The translations under genes and the position numbers were made by a program. This document shows, in pieces, positions 58,225 through 64,000 of a stretch of 64,000 bases of DNA; position 1 is the stretch's first letter, and each line of letters begins with the position of its first letter. Origin of the DNA: Candidatus Eiseniibacteriota bacterium (GTDB lineage Bacteria; Eisenbacteria; RBG-16-71-46); assembly GCA_963707915.1 (NCBI GenBank), contig OY970178.1:2752001-2816000 (forward strand), read 5' to 3'. A model generated the notes under the pieces. That model saw only the letters and a program-made list of their open reading frames with translations. It did no database searches and was not told the DNA's origin.

Positions 58225-59074
58225 GCGCGCGGGTCGCCTGCCCGGGCGACTCGAGGTCGAAGCGCACCAGCGCCAGCTCGTCGCCGTCGTGGGCGGCCGA
58301 GAGGCAGTGCGTGCGCCCGAGCCGGTCGCGCCAGTGCCCGGTGAGCCGCGCCGACTCGTGCACGTGGCCGTGGAGCGTGAGCAGCGGCTGGCGCGCCTCG
58401 ATGAAGCGCCGGATGGCGATGCTCCCCACGTGCACGTCGAGCGGCGCGTGGTCCACGGCCATGCCGTCGAGCGCCGCCCGGTCGAGCCGCGTGTCGTAGG
58501 GCGGCGCGTGGAAGAGGAGGACCGCCCGCGCGAGGTCGGCGTCGCCGGCGAGGCGCTCGAGGTCCTCGCGGATCGTGGCGTTGCGCGCCTCGCCCTCGCG
58601 CAGCGGGACCGTGCGCCAGCCCTCCTCGGGCGAGGTGCAGCCGGGGTCCACGTGGCGCGAGACGTCGTAGCGCTCCCAGTCCTTGAGCGCGAACGGCGTG
58701 GGCGGCACGAAGGCGTAGCCGAAGACCGTCCAGTCGCCGAAGGGGATGCGCCGTCCGTGCGCGTACTCCCAGGCGCCCGCTTCGGCGGCCTCCAGCACGC
58801 TCTCCTCCTCGGCGCGCCCGTCGTCGTTGCCGAGGAGGAGGAAGACGCGCGGGGCCGTGGCGCCGAGGTCGCGGCGCACGCGGGCGAAGCCCGGGGCGAG
58901 GACGTCCCGCACGAAGCCGCCGTCCGTGGCCCCGACCGCCGCGCCGAGGCCGGAGGGCAGGAGGTCCCCGCCCAGGAACACGGCGGCCGGCCGCTCGGCC
59001 CGGATCGCCGCGAACAGCGCGGCGTAGCGGGTCGCCGCGCCGTGCAGGTCCGTGGCGAAGAGGCAGGCCGTCAC
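58196..59074 (-). CDS. Metallophosphoesterase (calcineurin-like)
   Basis: DLHG, GGDL, GNDD, HAPP, HGHVHE. Confidence 0.88.
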   Translation of the reverse strand: MTACLFATDLHGAATRYAALFAAIRAERPAAVFLGGDLLPSGLGAAVGATDGGFVRDVLAPGFARVRRDLGATAPRVFLLLGNDDGRAEEESVLEAAEAGAWEYAHGRRIPFGDWTVFGYAFVPPTPFALKDWERYDVSRHVDPGCTSPEEGWRTVPLREGEARNATIREDLERLAGDADLARAVLLFHAPPYDTRLDRAALDGMAVDHAPLDVHVGSIAIRRFIEARQPLLTLHGHVHESARLTGHWRDRLGRTHCLSAAHDGDELALVRFDLESPGQATRALIPPPGVPS

Positions 59075-59091
59075 GTCCGCGGCCGCGACGT

Positions 59092-61165
59092 CTAGGGGGC
59101 GACCGGTCGCGCCGGCTTCGCGCCGGAGGCGTCCGCGTCGTCCGGCCCGGCGTCCTTCCCGGACGGGCTCGCGACCGGCGGTTCCGGCTCGGCCGGGACG
59201 GGCTTCATCGGCGCGAGTTTCTCGCCGTGCAGCAGGCGGTTCATCTCGTCGCCGTCGAGCACCTCGCGCTCGAGCAGGGTGGCGGCCAGGTGGTGGAGCT
59301 TGTCCAGGTTCTGCTCGAGCGTGGCGAAGGCCTGCTGGTAGGCGCCCTCGACCAGCACGCGCACCTCGGCGTCGATGCGCTCGGCGGTCTGCTCGGAGTA
59401 GTCCTTGTGGCTGGCGATCTCGCGGCCGAGGAAGATCATCTCCTCCTTCTTGCCGAAGGTGAGCGGTCCGAGCCGCTCGCTCATGCCCAGCTCGCAGACC
59501 ATCTTGCGCGCCAGCACGGTGGCGCGCTCGATGTCGTTCGCCGCGCCGGTGGTGTAGTGCTTGAAGACCAGGGACTCGGCGGCGCGCCCGCCCATCATCA
59601 TGGCGAGGGTGCGCAGCAGGTCCTCCTTCGAGCGCGAGTAGCGCTCCTCCTTCGGCATGGTGCTGGTGATGCCCAGCGCCCGGCCGCGCGGCACGATGCT
59701 GATCTTGTCCACCGGGTCCGAGCCCGGCTGGAGCCAGGCCATGAGCGCGTGGCCGGACTCGTGGTAGGCCGTCGAGCTGCGCTCCTCCTCGGACATGACC
59801 AGGCTCTTGCGCTCCATGCCGAGCGTGACCTTGTCGCGCGCGTCCATGAAGTCCTGGTGCGTGACCTTCTTGCGGTTGCGCCGCGCCGCCAGCAGCGCCG
59901 ACTCGTTGACCAGGTTGGCGATGTCCGCGCCGGCCATGCCGGCGGTGGAACGCGCGATCGAGTTGAGGTCCACGTCGTCGTCGAGCGGGATCTTGCGGGT
60001 GTGCACCTTGAGGATGCCCTCGCGCCCGCGCACGTCGGGCCAGTCCACGACGATCTGGCGGTCGAAGCGCCCGGGACGCAGCAGCGCCGGGTCGAGCACG
60101 TCGGGCCGGTTCGTGGCGGCGATCATGATGACGCCCTCGTTCGAGTCGAAGCCGTCCATCTCGACGAGCAGCTGGTTCAGGGTCTGCTCGCGCTCGTCGT
60201 GCCCGCCGCCGAGCCCCGCGCCGCGGTGCCGGCCCACGGCGTCGATCTCGTCCACGAAGACGATGCACGGCGCGTTGCGCTTCGCCTGCTCGAAGAGGTC
60301 CCGGACCCGGCTCGCCCCGACCCCGACGAACATCTCCACGAAGTCGGAGCCCGACATCGAGAAGAACGGCACCACGGCCTCGCCGGCGACGGCCTTCGCG
60401 AGCAGCGTCTTGCCCGAGCCCGGGGGGCCGAGCAGGAGCGCGCCCTTGGGGATCCGGCCGCCCAGGCGCTGGAACTTCTGCGGCTCCTTCAGGAACTCGA
60501 TGATCTCCTGCAGCTCCTGCTTGGCCTCCTCGCAGCCCGCCACGTCCTTGAACGTGACCTTGGGCTGGGTCTCCATCAGCACCCGCGCCTTGGTCTTGCC
60601 GAACTTGAGCGCGGCGCTGCCGCCCGACTGCATCTGGCGGAGCATGAAGAGCCAGAACCCGAAGATGAGCACGATCGGCAGCCAGGTGAACAGCACGGAG
60701 AGCCAGTTCAGGCCCGCGGTGCGGACGTCGATCTCGGCGTTGCGGTTCGCCTTCCAGACGCGGTCGGGCAGCGTCGCGCCGTCCCCGACGATATTGGTCT
60801 TGAACGCCTTGTAGGGGACGTCGTGATTGCTGATCTTCACCGTGTCCGGCTTGGTGAGCTCCCCGGTGACCGTGCCCTCGGTGATCTGCAGGTTCGCGAT
60901 GCGGCCGGCGTCCACCTCCCGGATGAAGCGCGTGTAGGAGACCTCGACGCGCTGGGGCGCCATGAAGCTGCCCTGGTACATGCTTATAGGCCACCAGCGA
61001 CAGCAGCACGACCAGCATCCAGAAGGCGAGCGTGCGGAACGGGCGCCCCGCGGGCAGCGGGACCTGCGGACGCCGCGGCGGGCCCCCGCGCTGCGGTGGC
61101 CTGCGGCCCTCGCGACCGCCGTCGTCGTCGGGCCGCGGACCCGGTTTGCGGCGGGACTCGCTCAC
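59092..61165 (-). CDS. ftsH: ATP-dependent zinc metalloprotease FtsH (frameshift near 60982)
   Basis: [37 protein letters not shown]. The first TM ([18 protein letters not shown]) lies in another frame upstream. Confidence 0.95.
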
Positions 61166-61740
61166 GATCCGGCCTCCTCGAACACACCGACGTAGGGGAG
61201 GTTGCGGCACTTCTCGACGTCGTCCATGCCGTAGCCCACCACGAACTCGCTGCCGATCCTCCAGCCCGCGTAGTCCACCGGGACCGGGATCTTGCGGCAG
61301 GGCGCCTTGTCGAGCAGCGTGGCGACCTTGAGGCTCGCCGGGCGGCGCCGCTTCATCACGTCGAGGATGAAGGACACGCTCAGCCCGGAATCCACCACCC
61401 CTTCGCACAGCAGCACGTGGCGGTTCGCGATGTCCTCGCGCATGTCCATCAGCAGCCGGACGTTCCCGCTCGACTCCTTCCCGGCGCCGTAGGACGAGAC
61501 CGAGATGAAGTCGAGGTCGAGGTCGATGGGCGTGGCGCGCGCCAGGTCGCACTGGAACATGCAGGCGCCCTTGAGGACGCCCACGAAGATCGGGCGCTTG
61601 TCCTGGTAGTCGCGCGCCAATTCGAGTCCGAGTTCGCGCACGCGCCGTGCGACCTGCTCGGCGGTGAACAGGACCCGCATGGTGCGGCCCGGATTCGGGA
61701 CGGCGGCTTCGGGACGGCCGGTCGGCTGGCTCTCAGTCAT
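61162..61740 (-). CDS. hpt: Hypoxanthine phosphoribosyltransferase
   Basis: GVLKG..MF..DL, SSYG...SSG.V, EGVVDSG, LLDK, FVVGYGMD, RNLPY. Confidence 0.92.
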   Translation of the reverse strand: MTESQPTGRPEAAVPNPGRTMRVLFTAEQVARRVRELGLELARDYQDKRPIFVGVLKGACMFQCDLARATPIDLDLDFISVSSYGAGKESSGNVRLLMDMREDIANRHVLLCEGVVDSGLSVSFILDVMKRRRPASLKVATLLDKAPCRKIPVPVDYAGWRIGSEFVVGYGMDDVEKCRNLPYVGVFEEAGS

Positions 61741-63199
61741 GGCGCTCCGCGTGGACCCAGAGGGCCCTCCGGGTGCCGGCGGTCACCGGGGCGCGCGCCG
61801 AACGGCGCACACCCACCACCCAGAGGATTCCCCCGGCGTCGGCTAGGACCGTGGGGTGCTTGCGAATGTCGTTCGAGACTCCCTGCTTGCTCAAGAATCG
61901 TCCGAGTCGTGCCGCGCGCGTCCGTCCGAACGGCACGAACGGTTCGTCGGCCTGTGCCCGCCGCACCACCAGCGGTCCGTCCAGGGCGTCGGCGGCGAAG
62001 AACTCTCCCGCGCCGTGGCCCTCCGCCATGCCCCGCCGCGCCGCCGCCCCGCTGGTCCAGCGCGCCACCAGGTGGGCCCCGTCCCACTCGAGACGGCGCG
62101 AGACCCTGAGACGGGCTTGCGCGAGGGGGCGCTTCGGAGCCCCGTTGCGGAAGCGGATGACGTCACGGTCACGCTCGGCGGACCACCCCTCCGGAAGCCG
62201 GATAATGGCGCGCCCGCGCGTCCTGTCAATCAACCCCTCGAGCGCGGCCAGGTGCCGGCGCGTCAGGCCGCTCGATCGCGGCCCGCTGCGCCGCCAGAAC
62301 CGGCCGAGGACGGCCAGCCGGAGCCCGGCCGGCAGGGGCGCGAGACGGCGGACCTCCAGGGTGGCCGTCCCGGCGGAGGCCCGTCCGGCCCGGGCGATCA
62401 CGCGCCCGGCGAGGCCCTCGAGCGCCCGGGCTGCAACGAGCGTCCCTGCCGCGGCTTGTGCGGCCCGCCGTGCCAGCAGTTCCCGCCCGCGCGCCGGGTC
62501 GAGACCGGGCAGCAGTGCCCGCGCCAGCGCCGGGACCGCCTCGTGGCGCACGCGGCTGCGCGCATAGCGGGGGTCGCGGTTCGAGCGGTCCTCGCGCCAG
62601 TCCTGGCCGGCCCGCAGCAGGTCGGCCTCGATCTCGGCCCGGGTGGCGCCGAGCAACGGCTTGAGCCAGAGCGTCCGTCCGCCCCGACCGTCGCCGGTCG
62701 CGACCGCCGGTCTCATGCCCGGCGCCCCGCTGAGCCCGGTGCCGCGGGCCAATCGCATGAGCATCGTCTCGAGCTGGTCGTCCGCCGTGTGGGCCGTGAC
62801 GACGGCCCGCGCCCCCGCGCGTCTTGCGGCCGCGACCAGGAACTCGCGCCGCAGCGTGCGCAGGCCGGCCTGGCCGGCGAGGCCGCGGCGACGCAGGCGC
62901 GCGCGGGTGTCCCAGCGCGCCGCGGCCAGCGGCACGCCCAGGTGGGTGCAGAGCGCGCGCACGAACCCGAGGTCCGCGTCGGCATCGGCGCCGCGCAGGC
63001 CGTGATGGAGATGGGCGGCGTGCAGTCGCAGGCCCAGGTCCCGGGAGAGGTGGTGCAGGCCGATGAGCAGGGCGGTCGAGTCCGCGCCGCCGCTCACCGC
63101 CACGAGCAGGGTCGCCGGGCCCGCCCGGTCGAGCCATGCCGGGGCACCGTCGCCACGCAGTGCGCGGCGCAGGACGGTCTCGACCCGGCGCAGGCGCAC
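61733..63199 (-). CDS. tilS: tRNA(Ile)-lysidine synthetase
   Basis: AVSGGADS, HHGLR, TAHTADDQLET, RG.G, PLL, D.SN, R.RVRH. GTG start inferred downstream of the tRNA. Confidence 0.92.
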   Translation of the reverse strand: MRLRRVETVLRRALRGDGAPAWLDRAGPATLLVAVSGGADSTALLIGLHHLSRDLGLRLHAAHLHHGLRGADADADLGFVRALCTHLGVPLAAARWDTRARLRRRGLAGQAGLRTLRREFLVAAARRAGARAVVTAHTADDQLETMLMRLARGTGLSGAPGMRPAVATGDGRGGRTLWLKPLLGATRAEIEADLLRAGQDWREDRSNRDPRYARSRVRHEAVPALARALLPGLDPARGRELLARRAAQAAAGTLVAARALEGLAGRVIARAGRASAGTATLEVRRLAPLPAGLRLAVLGRFWRRSGPRSSGLTRRHLAALEGLIDRTRGRAIIRLPEGWSAERDRDVIRFRNGAPKRPLAQARLRVSRRLEWDGAHLVARWTSGAAARRGMAEGHGAGEFFAADALDGPLVVRRAQADEPFVPFGRTRAARLGRFLSKQGVSNDIRKHPTVLADAGGILWVVGVRRSARAPVTAGTRRALWVHAERHD

Positions 63200-63217
63200 G
63201 GTGGGACGCAAAGGTGA

Positions 63218-63293
63218 TGGTGGCGGCGCAGGGACTCGAACCCCGGACACAGAGATTATGATTCTCCTGCTCTACCAGCTGAGCTACGCCGCC
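63218..63293 (-). tRNA. tRNA with CAT anticodon (most likely elongator tRNA-Met)
   Basis: GGCGGCGTAGCTCAGCTGGTAGAGCAGGAGAATCATAATCTCTGTGTCCGGGGTTCGAGTCCCTGCGCCGCCACCA: full 76 nt cloverleaf, G1-C72 pair, encoded CCA. Confidence 0.95.
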
Positions 63294-63331
63294 AGTGAGA
63301 CGGGGCCTTCCGGGCGGAAGGCGGACGGAAG

Positions 63332-63360
63332 AACTTAGGGTCGCCGGGGCGGGAAGTCAA
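63332..63360 (-). promoter_or_regulatory. Putative sigma70 promoter for tRNA-tilS-hpt-ftsH
   Basis: TTGACT-N17-TAAGTT on the minus strand. Confidence 0.6.
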
Positions 63361-63428
63361 GGCCGGCCGCCGCACTGCAAGCCGTGCAGCCACTTCCGGT
63401 TCGACGCCGGCCGCCCACCCGGCTTGCC

Positions 63429-64000
63429 CTACCCGCAGTGCCCCCTCGGCCCCTGCTCGAGCAGCCAGCGCCACACCGCGCGCATCGCCAGCAGGTCCTC
63501 CGTGCTGGAGTCCGCGATCTCCCGCAGCAGGCGTGCTCGCCCGGACGGGTCGGAGTCCGCGGCCGCGGCCGGGCTTCGCCAGCGGAATCCCGCGAGTTCG
63601 GCCACCCGGCGGACCGAGCACGCGTCCGGCGGCAGTCGCAGGGCGCGAAGCACGCCCCGGGAGAGCAGTTCGAAGAGCGCCTCCTCCAGGCGGGCGGGGA
63701 ATCCCGGCGGAGCGCCGTAGGTGTCGGCGCACGCGCGGATCGCGGCCCGCTCGCGGGCCGAGTAGTGCACCCAGCGCGCATCCGGACGGCGCTCGAGGAT
63801 CCGGCTCGCGCGCGCGACGAAGCGCTCCCAGGCGCGCTGCCCGTCGCGGTCGTCGAAGCCGGCCGCGATGGTCTCGGGCCTCGGTTCGCTGCGGCCGTCG
63901 TCCAGCGCGAGCCCCCAGAGCCGGATCGAACGGCCCGCCGGTCCGTCCCCGGAGCGCTCCCCGATCGCGAGCCACACCACCGGCCAGGGTGGCAGCTGCG
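63429..64000 (-). CDS. C-terminal RNase H-like domain of a TM0106-family nuclease (5' part outside window)
   Basis: W..F, HYS..E, LP...SV..VA...GFRW, DL.A.R.V..WL pattern. Confidence 0.6.
   Translation of the reverse strand, partial: QLPPWPVVWLAIGERSGDGPAGRSIRLWGLALDDGRSEPRPETIAAGFDDRDGQRAWERFVARASRILERRPDARWVHYSARERAAIRACADTYGAPPGFPARLEEALFELLSRGVLRALRLPPDACSVRRVAELAGFRWRSPAAAADSDPSGRARLLREIADSSTEDLLAMRAVWRWLLEQGPRGHCG

Noticed and set aside
58196..59074. Metallophosphoesterase as the eraser for the adjacent nucleotidyltransferase
   Set aside because: It is convergent and belongs to the tilS-hpt-ftsH run. Adjacency with a 29 bp 3' overlap is the only support.
60975..60990. ftsH split near its N-terminus
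   Set aside because: One extra base in a normally essential and otherwise intact gene; treated as a sequence error.
63218..63293. tRNA as the integration site of an island
   Set aside because: No integrase and no duplicated tRNA 3' end seen in the window; the flanking genes look like ordinary chromosomal genes.

Overview
Very GC-rich bacterial chromosomal segment with about 50 genes and one tRNA. I found no transposase, integrase, prophage or CRISPR array. Secreted proteins ending in a FlgD/T9SS-like sorting tail, together with futalosine-pathway genes, suggest an FCB-group organism such as Ca. Eisenbacteria (inference). Contents in order: a TonB-dependent receptor; futalosine menaquinone genes mqnA, mqnC and mqnD; a duplicated pair of secreted ComEC-type metallo-beta-lactamase-fold proteins flanking a GT9 gene; a thioredoxin-NHL protein; two GT-C-like membrane proteins; a broken MBOAT gene fused to a pilus-protein tail; hflX, an M24 peptidase, rhomboid, trxA and nnr; an MrfA-methyltransferase-MrfB repair operon; a Zn-ribbon/cold-shock fusion; a lipid uptake and beta-oxidation locus; glutamate dehydrogenase followed by two dikinase-like proteins; and tRNA(CAT)-tilS-hpt-ftsH. 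Single-base frameshifts in several housekeeping genes are probably sequencing errors. Best candidates for new biology: (1) the gdh operon with two dikinase-like proteins that lack the PEP-binding barrel, one carrying a GAF-like sensor and a nucleotidyltransferase domain; (2) a structured, GGA-rich CsrA-type leader conserved upstream of both secreted MBL paralogs; (3) an RMDN/PTPIP51-like exported TPR protein inside the fatty-acid locus; (4) hydrolase homologues with altered catalytic residues. All family calls are by motif recognition only; no searches were run.
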